A program made the position numbers and the translations under genes. From Obrimoposthia wandeli (taxonomy: Eukaryota), in NCBI GenBank assembly GCA_977020255.1, contig CDROCS010002422.1:62001-126000 (forward strand): DNA of 64,000 nucleotides, written 5' to 3'. The notes under the pieces are model-generated. The model saw nothing but the letters and a program-made list of their open reading frames with translations, made no database searches and was not told the DNA's origin. Shown piece by piece: positions 30,170 to 39,436 of this stretch; position 1 is the first letter of the stretch, and the number at the start of each line of letters is the position of its first letter.

Positions 30170-31146
30170 TACTTCGCTCCCACAAGTTTAACGGTGGGAT
30201 TTACTAACCCATAAATTAAATCGACGATGGTGTTGGTAATGACAAATATGCCGCCAACAACAATTAGATAGGCAACAATCAAAGGAGTATCCACTCGATT
30301 GACAGCCTCTAGAAACAAGAAGCCCATTCCCGGCCACTGAAAAACGGTTTCCGTTAAAATGGTGTAGGCGACCATGGTGCCTATTTGTACGCCCCCTACT
30401 GTAATAACCGGTAGCATAGTATTTTTTAAAGCATGCATAAACCAGATACGCACCGGTGAAAGGCCTTTTGCCCATGCAAATTTTATGTATTCAGATTGTA
30501 ATACTTCCATCATTTCAGCTCGGATAAGCCTGATAAACAATGGCAGCATGATGGATGCTAAAGACAGGCAAGGCAATAATAAGTGCAGTAAGCCGTCGAT
30601 ATTGAAAAAGCCAGTGCTCCAGGAGCCTATCACGTGGTCTGTCTCACCCCGACCAAAAGAAGGTAACCAACCTAATTCAACGGAAAAAAGATAAATAGAT
30701 AGGATAGCAGTTAAGAAAACCGGTACTGATATTCCGATAATACTGATACCCATGACGGCTTTGGAAAATAAACTGGCAGGTTTTATGGCCGAGTAAACAC
30801 CGACCGGTATCGATATTAAAATAATGATGACACTGGCGCCAAATACTAACTCTAAAGTGGCGGGTAATTTGTTTAAGATGACTTCTAAAGCGGGTTTCTT
30901 AAAAAAGTAAGAAGTGCCCAAGTCTCCTTGCAGAGCTTTGCCTGCAAAGCGTAAATACTGAGTTACAAACGAATCGTTTAATCCTAACTCCTCTCTTAAC
31001 TGCAATCTGTCTTCTTCTGAGACTGATTGACCTACTAACTCGCGAAGTGGATCGCCCAAGTTATCTTGAATGGAAAAGCTGAGAACACTGATGACGAACA
31101 TCACGATCGCAGCCTGAAATAGACGCTTAATAAGAAAGGCAATCAT
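30169..31146 (-). CDS. Peptide ABC permease (DppB-like)
   Basis: RAEMMEVLQSEYIKFAWAKGL, ETVFQWPGMG. Confidence 0.93.
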   Translation of the reverse strand: MIAFLIKRLFQAAIVMFVISVLSFSIQDNLGDPLRELVGQSVSEEDRLQLREELGLNDSFVTQYLRFAGKALQGDLGTSYFFKKPALEVILNKLPATLELVFGASVIIILISIPVGVYSAIKPASLFSKAVMGISIIGISVPVFLTAILSIYLFSVELGWLPSFGRGETDHVIGSWSTGFFNIDGLLHLLLPCLSLASIMLPLFIRLIRAEMMEVLQSEYIKFAWAKGLSPVRIWFMHALKNTMLPVITVGGVQIGTMVAYTILTETVFQWPGMGFLFLEAVNRVDTPLIVAYLIVVGGIFVITNTIVDLIYGLVNPTVKLVGAK

Positions 31147-31269
31147 AAAAAATACTCGTTTAGAGGATACTTTTTTCTAGGAAAAAATTAACCCACCCCA
31201 GACCAGGTAGTGGGTTAAAAGCCCCCCTATATTTGAAACAGAGGGCAAATGGTGGAAACTTGCTAGACT

Positions 31270-32829
31270 TTACTTCTCATCGATGACCAGGTCACCAAGG
31301 TAAGGAAAGTTTTGAACATTGACGATTGGAGCAATGTTAACGCCTTTACGCGCAGCCCATGCTAGGTTTTGCCAATGTAGAGGAATGTACGCAGCATCGT
31401 CATACAAAATTTGTTCAACTTCTTGTAAGATCACGGCGCGTTTTGCAGGGTCAGTTTCAGTGGCACTGGCCTTAACTAAACTATCAACTTTAGGGTTACA
31501 GTAGTTACCGCTGTTGTATTGTCCTGCACCTGTTTCGGTATTTGGACAAACAGTTAGGAACTCTGAGAAGTTAGCTGAATCTTCAGTATCTGAGTGCCAG
31601 CCGATCATCATTAAGTCAGCGGCTCTCTCATCAAATGCTGGCCAGTATTGCGCTTTTGGCATCGCTTTAAGATTCACTTTAATGTTGATTTTAGCGAGCA
31701 TACCAACCACTGCTTGAGCGATTTTTTCATCGTTCACGTAACGGTTGTTAGGTGCCATCATCGTCACAGCAAAACCGTTCTCTAAACCAGCTTCTTTCAT
31801 CAGCGCTTTAGCTTTGTCTAAATCATAACGAGGCTTTAAGCTAGCTTTGTAGCCAACATAACCCGATGGCCCTTGCTGGGCGGCTGCTGTTGCAAAACCT
31901 TTCATGATTTTTTTAACAATACCTTCATTGTTGATAGCATGAACGATTGCTTGGCGAACACGAACATCTTTGAATTCTTCACGACGCTGTTGGTTCATTT
32001 GAAAAGTAATGATTCGAGTGCCCGGTAATGTCACCAAATCAGCTTTATCACTTGATGCAATGCGTTTGTGATCAGTTGGAGGAACAGGTGCGATAAAGTC
32101 AACATCACCTGAAAGTAGAGCTGCTACACGTGTAGGCGCTTCTTTAATGGGTGTCAAAATGATTTTATCGACGTTACCTTTACTTGATTTATCCCAGTAG
32201 CTTGCAGAGCGATCAAACACAATCTTAACGCCTTGCTCACGACTAGAGACAGTGTATGCACCAGTACCTGATACATTAGTAGCTGCGTAAGTACCCGCGT
32301 GTTTAACTAACTGATCCTTTGGCTTACCGTTTTCATCGGTTCCCGTATAAAACTTAGAATCCATTGGGAAAATATAAGTGGCTGTATGAAGAACTAGAGG
32401 GTATTCACCTTTAGTGACAAGCTCAAAGGTGTGATCATCAATAACCTTCACGCTTTCGAATTCTTTAAAAACCGCTTTGAAATCTGGACTGCTCTTTAGA
32501 CGATTAAACGTCCAAAGCACATCCTTTGCGGTCATTGCGTTACCTGAATGAAAGGTAACACCCTTACGTAGATTAAAGCGCACCGTACGTCCATCAATTC
32601 GTTCCCAGCTTTCAGCTAGGCGCCCTTCAAACCCAAGCTCTTGAGTCCAACGGATTAATGGGTCAAAGACCATATGGGACATTTGTAATGTGCCGCCAGA
32701 AAGTTGCTCATGCGGATCTAGTGACACGGGATCGGCATCGTAAGCCATTTTTAGGGTTGCTGCATTAACGCTTAGGGCTAAACTCAATGCTAGTGCACCG
32801 CCGGTTAAGACAGAGGTAATTCTACTCAT
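31270..32829 (-). CDS. Peptide ABC substrate-binding protein (family 5)
   Basis: Signal peptide, SLDPH, FNLRKGVTFH, DVRVRQAI. Confidence 0.93.
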   Translation of the reverse strand: MSRITSVLTGGALALSLALSVNAATLKMAYDADPVSLDPHEQLSGGTLQMSHMVFDPLIRWTQELGFEGRLAESWERIDGRTVRFNLRKGVTFHSGNAMTAKDVLWTFNRLKSSPDFKAVFKEFESVKVIDDHTFELVTKGEYPLVLHTATYIFPMDSKFYTGTDENGKPKDQLVKHAGTYAATNVSGTGAYTVSSREQGVKIVFDRSASYWDKSSKGNVDKIILTPIKEAPTRVAALLSGDVDFIAPVPPTDHKRIASSDKADLVTLPGTRIITFQMNQQRREEFKDVRVRQAIVHAINNEGIVKKIMKGFATAAAQQGPSGYVGYKASLKPRYDLDKAKALMKEAGLENGFAVTMMAPNNRYVNDEKIAQAVVGMLAKINIKVNLKAMPKAQYWPAFDERAADLMMIGWHSDTEDSANFSEFLTVCPNTETGAGQYNSGNYCNPKVDSLVKASATETDPAKRAVILQEVEQILYDDAAYIPLHWQNLAWAARKGVNIAPIVNVQNFPYLGDLVIDEK

Positions 32830-33189
32830 AGCTGAAATCCTTGAAAAATTGTTTTATTGAACTCGAAGGTTTAGAGATGTCTTTTTTATTAGTACTATTT
32901 ATCTGTATTTCTGCCCTTAGGATAGGGGAACATCTATAACGCTGGCAATCGAAATTGTAAACACTAGGGTATAGAGAATATGCATAACCCTAACTACGGC
33001 TTATTAGAACAGTCGTTAACAGTGATATTTGAAATCCAAGGTAGACCAAATAAAGTGGCGATTAAAATAGAAATATTCGTTGTAACTATCGGTGTTTTTC
33101 AAAGTGTTTGATCTTTGAGGTAATCGCCTTTCGCTAAAAAGGTTTTAGGGGCTACTCAATATTTTTTAGCTCTATTAATTAGATGCTTA

Positions 33190-33738
33190 GGCTTTTCATC
33201 AACTTTCCATTCTTCATCAATACGTTGTTTTATTGAGGTGCAATTCGATGTTGCTGGCGTTCCAGCCATCTTGGCCCAGACCGGATTTAATTCTACATAG
33301 CTCGTACAAGTTAAAAGTGCTTGCTCATCCAATAAGGCTTGGCTTTTAAAGCGCTCCTCCCACTAACTTTGATGGCTAAAGTTGAACAGTATTGCTGGCC
33401 CGAAGGGTGAGTGCCATGGATGGCAGCGAATATAAGCGGACTTTGCAATTATCTTCAATATTGGCTTTTCTGGCTATAAACTCATTCAGGCAACGCATGT
33501 ACCAACTAATGTCTGCTAAGCGTTTACGCCATTCATCTACAACCTGGCCTATTAAGCCATGGTGCTCTTTAGATAATTTTTCACCTTTGAAGTAGCGCTG
33601 AATTACATCTGGACCATTGTAAAGCTTGCGCCAACGCTCAATCACTTCTAGGTCGGTCAGTGCGTCGAACTCAATTTTATTTAGATAGAGCAAGAGATAA
33701 TAGTTAGACATGATCGCATAGGCACAGATATCAATACA
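33190..33738 (-). pseudogene. REP-associated tyrosine transposase (RAYT), degenerate and interrupted
   Basis: CIDICAYAIMSNYYL (HUH SNHxH motif lost)...WRKRLADISWYMRCLNEFIARKANIEDNC, then after a ~70 bp insert WEERFKSQALLDEQALLTC.SYVELNP. Confidence 0.85.
33363..33433. mobile_element. ~70 bp REP-like palindromic insert inside the RAYT gene
   Basis: Separates the codons for R-F and W-E of the GRFWEGRF motif; contains hairpins aacttt-gatggct-aaagtt and tgcca-tgga-tggca. Confidence 0.7.
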
Positions 33739-33783
33739 GGCGATCGCTATTTACGAAAGCAATTGATTCACGGTGCCAGAACA
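33739..33783 (+). mobile_element. Possible IS110 transposase micro-fragment
   Basis: Encodes GDRYLRKQLIHGART, resembling the IS110 RG[DN]xYLRxxLIHGAR motif, exactly where RAYT homology stops. Confidence 0.45.
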
Positions 33784-33833
33784 CATATATCATTTGAGCC
33801 TCCCGGCAGAACCAGGAGTTTACCTTTTGTAAA

Positions 33834-35084
33834 TTAATGCACGATTTTCTGAGCTAGGTTTTTATAGCTAACACTCGTCTTATCATCATTAATACAAATA
33901 CTTAGCAGGTCAGCAATGAAATAACTTAATGCTCTTTGCTCAATTCTTTTTACTTTACTTTGTTGCTCCATATTGAGCATGTGATATCTTGAAGCAGCAC
34001 CAAAATCACCAAAAATCAAATTAGCGTCTTCATCAATGAGCGTGTTGTGTGCATATAAATCACCATGGCAAACTTTGTGCTCGTGTAGGTGCTCAAATAC
34101 GTTCGTCATTTGGCTGACAATTTTTTGAATTTTTTCAATAGAGAGATAAAACCCTTCGCTAAAATTATCTCGGGTACAGCTTTCAAAACAAGGTGGTAAC
34201 CCGAGGTTTTTATAAGTATTGGGGATGAGGTTCATGACTAACGCAAGAAAATCAGGTTCGTTAACTTGTGCTAGTGACTGGATTAAGTTTGGGTGATTAC
34301 CAACCTTGAGACAAGCCTGTAATTCATCTTCGGGATAACCATCGCTAGTAATATCACCTTTAAATACTTTAACGGCGATTTCGTTAGGAAAACCGGTTGG
34401 TTGATTGTTCCATTGCGCTTTTGAAATGATACCAGAAGCACCTTGCCCAAGTACCTCACCAATATTGAGATCAGTAGAGCAAAGATTAGGTACCGTTTGA
34501 TCTTCAGTTGATGATTGGCTAAATGGGTTTCCAGCAAAGGCGAGCCACGCCAACTTTGGTAAACTTAATAGCTGATCCGGGCATTGTTTTAAATTATTAG
34601 CAGATATACGGACTAATTCAAGATTGTGTAATTGATTTAAATTTTCGGGCAGTGAAGCCAACTGATTACCAGCCAACGCCAGTTTTTGTAGTAGTTTGCG
34701 CTCACCTAAAGTGTCAGGCAGTACTTCAATTTGATTACCAGTTAATATCAACCAACGTAATTTTAATGGCAGAGAATCTGCTGGTACATAGTTAATCTGA
34801 TTTGATTTAAAGCCAATCATCTGTAAATTTGGGCATGCCCCAAGTGCTTCTGGCAAAGTCGTAAATTGATTATTTGAAGCAAATAGAATTTTTAACTTTT
34901 TAAGTTGTGCTATCTCTTTAGGTAAACTTGATAATTGGTTGTGCGATAAATCTAAAATTTCTAGACTGTCTGCTAAAGAAAGTATTTCAATCGGAAATTG
35001 GCTCAAATTATCGCTCAGGGCTAAGTGTTTAGTACCTAATAGTTTGCCACTACGTAGCTCAATAAGTGTGTGCAAAAATAACAT
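33834..35084 (-). CDS. Leucine-rich-repeat protein kinase
   Basis: N-terminal LRRs (LEILDLSHNQLSSLP etc.), kinase GQGASG, AVK, HGDLYAHN, DFG. Confidence 0.92.
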   Translation of the reverse strand: MLFLHTLIELRSGKLLGTKHLALSDNLSQFPIEILSLADSLEILDLSHNQLSSLPKEIAQLKKLKILFASNNQFTTLPEALGACPNLQMIGFKSNQINYVPADSLPLKLRWLILTGNQIEVLPDTLGERKLLQKLALAGNQLASLPENLNQLHNLELVRISANNLKQCPDQLLSLPKLAWLAFAGNPFSQSSTEDQTVPNLCSTDLNIGEVLGQGASGIISKAQWNNQPTGFPNEIAVKVFKGDITSDGYPEDELQACLKVGNHPNLIQSLAQVNEPDFLALVMNLIPNTYKNLGLPPCFESCTRDNFSEGFYLSIEKIQKIVSQMTNVFEHLHEHKVCHGDLYAHNTLIDEDANLIFGDFGAASRYHMLNMEQQSKVKRIEQRALSYFIADLLSICINDDKTSVSYKNLAQKIVH

Positions 35085-35374
35085 TCCTTGGTAGGTTGTT
35101 TTCAGTAGTTTAAATAAAGTTAAAAAACTTGTTCTTCATAATAGTGCTTATTGTTCTATATATACTGGCCTGATTTTTACAGACCTTCTAATCAACTCAA
35201 TTTCATAAATAATGACTGCAACTGAAACCAAACTTAATCTTGTAACTTCCTCGTTTAATACAACTATACCACTGAAAAAAGTTAAACTATTGTATTAAAA
35301 ACAAAAGGGTGTCCATATATGTCCTGTAGCTAGTTCAAGTGTGAGCTTACAAAGAAGATAGCGTGACTTTATAA

Positions 35375-35536
35375 AAAAGGGCGTTAAAAAGATTAATTGA
35401 GGATGGCTTACTCACTTCGAGGAATGATGAAACCGATAAAAGAGCAAAAAAAATTGCACTCACAAAAAAAGAGATTACCTGCTTATCCGAGGTTCTTCCT
35501 GGATATTTCAATGAAATAAATAAATTAATGGGATAA
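35375..35536 (+). pseudogene. MarR-family regulator C-terminal remnant
   Basis: LKRLIEDGLL...DETDKRAKKIALT; upstream in-frame stop and no N-terminus. Confidence 0.55.
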
Positions 35537-35747
35537 ATATGAAGAAAAAAATATTTAGAATTATTTTAACTTGGCCGTGTGTTTATCCTATTGTTACATT
35601 ACTAATATTTACACTCACAACCCTAGGTTTTCAAATACCCTGATGGCAACAAACTTTAGCAATAACAATGATTTTAGTTCCTATCATGGTTTTAATAATT
35701 GCGCCTAAAGTAACTGTGACGATAGATCGAATAGCACAATAGTAGGC

Positions 35748-35847
35748 AAATAACGCCGCTATAAACGGCAAAAAATAGTTGGCTAGAATTTGTGAGGCAC
35801 GAACAAAGCCAACTGTTTTTTTGTCTGATTTGATTGCCTTGTTATGT
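35748..35847 (-). mobile_element. Integron attC site
   Basis: Minus strand ACATAACAAGGCAATCAAATCAGAC-AAAAAAACAGTTGGCT...AGCCAACTATTTTTT-GCCGTTTATAGCGGCGTTATTT: inverse core, long imperfect palindrome, GTT core. Confidence 0.85.
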
Positions 35848-35899
35848 GCCACAACGTAGTATGTACATATTAACGTACATGACCACTTTGGAGAAAATT

Positions 35900-36151
35900 A
35901 TGAATGCAATAAGCTATACCGCCGCTCGTGCAAACCTTGCTAGTACAATGGCACACGTTTGTAATGATCATGCGCCAATTATTATTACCCGTAAAAGTGA
36001 AGACCCTGTAGTTATGATGTCTCTTGAAGACTATAACGCAATGCAAGAAACAACGTACTTGCTGAGATCTCCATCCAACGCCCGTGATCTACTTGAATCT
36101 ATTGCCGAACTTGAAAGTGGCAATGGAACACAAAGAGAGCTTCTTGAATGA
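35900..36151 (+). CDS. yefM: YefM (Phd/YefM) antitoxin
   Basis: MNAISYTAARANL...VMMSLEDYNAMQETTYLLRSPSNARDLLESI. Confidence 0.95.
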   Translation: MNAISYTAARANLASTMAHVCNDHAPIIITRKSEDPVVMMSLEDYNAMQETTYLLRSPSNARDLLESIAELESGNGTQRELLE

Positions 36152-36408
36152 AACTAACTTTTTCGACCAAGGCGTGGGAACAATATACCTATTGGCAAAC
36201 CACTGATAAAAAAATATTAAAGCGTATCAATACCCTTATTAAGGATATACAGCGCTTCCCTTATGAGGGGATAGGCAAACCGGAACCACTAAAACATGGA
36301 TTATCCGGTTACTGGTCACGCCGTATTAACGATGAGCACCGTCTTGTTTATAAGCATACTGGTGACACTGTTCTAATCGCGCAACTCCGCTATCACTACG
36401 GCACATAG
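36148..36408 (+). CDS. yoeB: YoeB (Txe/YoeB) toxin
   Basis: AWEQYTYWQ...GIGKPEPLKHGLSGYWSRRINDEHRLVY...RYHY. Confidence 0.95.
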   Translation: MKLTFSTKAWEQYTYWQTTDKKILKRINTLIKDIQRFPYEGIGKPEPLKHGLSGYWSRRINDEHRLVYKHTGDTVLIAQLRYHYGT

Positions 36409-36711
36409 ACATAATGACTCCCCACTATCAGTACAACGACCCTAAGTTGATTAAACTCCTCAAAAAGAAGCTCAAGGGCAGGTTTAGCTGATCATCAAAC
36501 AGTAAGCTACGATTATTACTTTGCCTCTGGCAGTAGAAAATCGCTTCAATATGAATATGGTTCATGTAGCTATACATAGCAAAAACACTGCTAAAAGTCC
36601 TTATCTTCTAAATAAAACCTTTAATTCTCTAAATTACATTATATGAAAACAATTAAATGAAAACGTTTTAGAAAGCTTCAATTAATATAAACCATCAGCA
36701 TGTCAAATAAA

Positions 36712-37686
36712 TTAACTCGGCCAGTTTCTATATTCAGGATAACAAGCTCTACCAGACTTAGTACTATGGTCAAAACTGAACACATGCTCACGTGGACTAT
36801 CAGTGCAGCTCCCAACTAACCGACCTTTCATTAAGCCGACACCTTCTTCGAGTTCAATTTTTCCTTCACATATAGGGCAAGATGCACTGTAGCTTACAAT
36901 TCTAAATTGTCGAATAGAACGTTCATTTTTATCTTTATCACCTGTTGGAACATATTCAAGTTGTGCAGTTCTGATATCTCCTGGTGTTAACATTACAGGA
37001 GCACTCACAATCCGTTTTATCACACATTGATAAAGTGGAGAGCCAAAGTAATAAACGCTAATAAGCAAACTACCAAAACCAATGATTATCTTGACCAAAG
37101 CTAACAAACTTTCAGCTTGTTGAAGAGAGTAGAGCCCAAGCAGAAGAATGAGCAAACCAAACAGGATGACTGAACTAATTCCTCCCACCAATAGCTTAAA
37201 TTTTAATCCTTGAGCTACATAATTATTTACCCACCGAGCCAAGAAATTTGGACTAGCTATTTTCTCAAGTGAATAACGAATATGTCCATTTGGTATTTCT
37301 ATATCTAACGGTTCTAAGTCTACGGAGTGCGCGGTAATTTTGTACTTATTTGGATTACCTGCACCTCCTCCTTTTTCAGTCTGCTTCAGTTTTGGCAAAA
37401 AGGAACATTCATTACCAATGGCTATTTTATTCAAAGCTGTGTATTGAACATCTAGCTCTGTTATCACTTCTGATATTAATTTTTTAAGCGTCTTCCCTTC
37501 GTTATCATGATCATTGCGCTCGGCGATATCTTGCCAAGAAAACTCAATCGTTTCATTTTTAGCAAGTTGGCCTTTAGTGTGATTAAGAATCCTCTTAATC
37601 ACACTAAATCTGCGCGCATTTGAAGTTTGCTCTTCAAGAAAAGCATATCCCGTTTTTAAAGCATCATCTAATTGATTTTCTTGCAT
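36712..37686 (-). CDS. Uncharacterised protein: wHTH-like N-terminus, two TM helices, C-terminal Cys/His (Zn-ribbon-like) domain
   Basis: GGGAGNPNKY wing-like motif; hydrophobic helices around aa 165-215; SCPIC...GSC..SPREH. Confidence 0.7.
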   Translation of the reverse strand: MQENQLDDALKTGYAFLEEQTSNARRFSVIKRILNHTKGQLAKNETIEFSWQDIAERNDHDNEGKTLKKLISEVITELDVQYTALNKIAIGNECSFLPKLKQTEKGGGAGNPNKYKITAHSVDLEPLDIEIPNGHIRYSLEKIASPNFLARWVNNYVAQGLKFKLLVGGISSVILFGLLILLLGLYSLQQAESLLALVKIIIGFGSLLISVYYFGSPLYQCVIKRIVSAPVMLTPGDIRTAQLEYVPTGDKDKNERSIRQFRIVSYSASCPICEGKIELEEGVGLMKGRLVGSCTDSPREHVFSFDHSTKSGRACYPEYRNWPS

Positions 37687-37792
37687 TAATTACCACCCCA
37701 AAACTGTTACGTCCCTGTTTAGGGCTGAAATACTACCACATAAATTGCTCAAATGGCTCTGCACTTAAGCATAAACATACGAGGAAATATAA

Positions 37793-38668
37793 ATGTGTAA
37801 TGACCAAGAGAAAGACCTCAAAGTAGGCATAAAAGAAGGTGCATTAGTCTTTATAGATGAAGTGGATAATGGGCTAAATTGTGGCTGTTTTTGCCCTCAC
37901 TGCAAAGGCATATTGATCGCCAAGAAAGGTGAAGTAAACAGCCACCATTTTGCCCATCACAAGATTGTTAACTGTGGTCAAGGTGTTGAAACAGCCCTGC
38001 ATCTTTTAGGGAAGGAAATCATAAAAACTCAAAGCTGTGTGACATTGCCTAATGGTAAAAAGCTGACCCAATTAACTAATGTGGAACTAGAAAAAAGCAG
38101 ACAAGGCTATATCGCAGATGTCGGTGCAATCATGATTAGTACAGGTGAAGAAATTGATATCGAGATCAAAGTCACACATGGGATTGATCAAAATAAACAA
38201 CACAAAATAGAAAGAAGCGGCGCACAAGTATTTGAGATAGACCTCAGCCATTTAGTTGGCGCTGATTTATCTAGATCAATAATAGTCACCGAAGTAATGA
38301 GCACAGCTCCAAGAGCATGGGCCAGAGATATTCAAACTCAAAAAAATGAAATAGCAGAGGATAACAACATGAAAGATAAACATTTAGTAGCAGGTTTTAA
38401 ATCTGTAAGCGGATACTCAAGAAAGGACCAACGTGATTTTGAATTCAACGAAATCTATATTTTGTCGGAGATAGCACCTAGTAGATCTTCCAACTACAAC
38501 GTTCATTTCAAAGGCGGCTTTGCAGTGGACAATATGTTTCTAACACCTGATGTAGAGTTATTTAAAAGACTAGAGTCAGTAACTTTCCCTGCATGGGTAG
38601 AGCTTGTTCCAGGGAGAAAAATAGTGAGAGGCAGAGTCGTAGATTTCGTAGCTGATGTAATAATTTAG
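37793..38668 (+). CDS. CoiA-like Zn-finger/PD-(D/E)xK nuclease fused to an RstB/inovirus SSB-like C-terminal domain
   Basis: CFCPHC...HHFAH, ETALH..GKEII, IADV...IDIEIKVTH; C-terminal 99 aa ending KRLESVTFPAWVEL. Confidence 0.65.
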   Translation: MCNDQEKDLKVGIKEGALVFIDEVDNGLNCGCFCPHCKGILIAKKGEVNSHHFAHHKIVNCGQGVETALHLLGKEIIKTQSCVTLPNGKKLTQLTNVELEKSRQGYIADVGAIMISTGEEIDIEIKVTHGIDQNKQHKIERSGAQVFEIDLSHLVGADLSRSIIVTEVMSTAPRAWARDIQTQKNEIAEDNNMKDKHLVAGFKSVSGYSRKDQRDFEFNEIYILSEIAPSRSSNYNVHFKGGFAVDNMFLTPDVELFKRLESVTFPAWVELVPGRKIVRGRVVDFVADVII

Positions 38669-38720
38669 TGAGCAAACCAGCTATGCATTAGCAATAGCAC
38701 TTAGCTAAGGAGGGCTACAT

Positions 38721-39053
38721 TTAGGATGTAGACCCTTCTTCTAAATCTTGAAACTCATACTTAAGGTACTGCTGTACTTTTTCAAGACCATCATCAGCTT
38801 CTGAAATCACTTCTAAAGCACTTTTACCTTTAAAGTGATCATTAGGTGCACGAAGCCAGTTCGCTGCTCTAAGCGGCTCCCATGTAGTTCCTAACAATCG
38901 GTAGATATTCAGTATTCTGGATAGACGGATAAGTGTCACATCATCTGTCAGGAACGCCTGCCGCTCAGGATCAGTTAGCTGCCATTGATCAAAAATGTTA
39001 TCGACTGTTTTTAGAGCTACTTGGAACTCTTTTGAAGAAATTGATTTTTCCAT
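38721..39053 (-). CDS. Xre/MbcA/ParS-family antitoxin (orphan)
   Basis: WLRAPNDHFKGKSALEVI...LEKVQQYL matches the DUF2384 C-terminal domain. Confidence 0.75.
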   Translation of the reverse strand: MEKSISSKEFQVALKTVDNIFDQWQLTDPERQAFLTDDVTLIRLSRILNIYRLLGTTWEPLRAANWLRAPNDHFKGKSALEVISEADDGLEKVQQYLKYEFQDLEEGSTS

Positions 39054-39436
39054 TTAGTTTCCCACTCGCCAAATTTTAAATAACAATAAGCTTTGCTTTC
39101 AAAATTGATTACATACTAAAGCAAATATCTCTCATCGCAACTTAGGCTACTCTTGCTGTCCTTGTAGTGTAAAGAATAGAAATTTATTAAACGATAATGT
39201 ATAGCATGACATTTCATTAGTTAGGTGATAGATTCAACCAATAATATTAGGTAATATTATTTATTTACAGTAACTTAAATGAATTTTCTTTTGTTTAATA
39301 ATGGCAACTAACTTCACATTTTTCTTACAAGCGAATATAAATCTAATATTGAAAACTACTTCATTGGATCCTCTAGTTTTATTTATGAATATTCTGGTAA
39401 TCTAGGGAAGGGAATGCAATTTGAGAAGGAAAGCTT

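Noticed and set aside
35170-35330. DMT/EamA transporter remnant on the minus strand (GIVVLNEEVT...)
   Set aside because: Too short and degenerate to support beyond a guess
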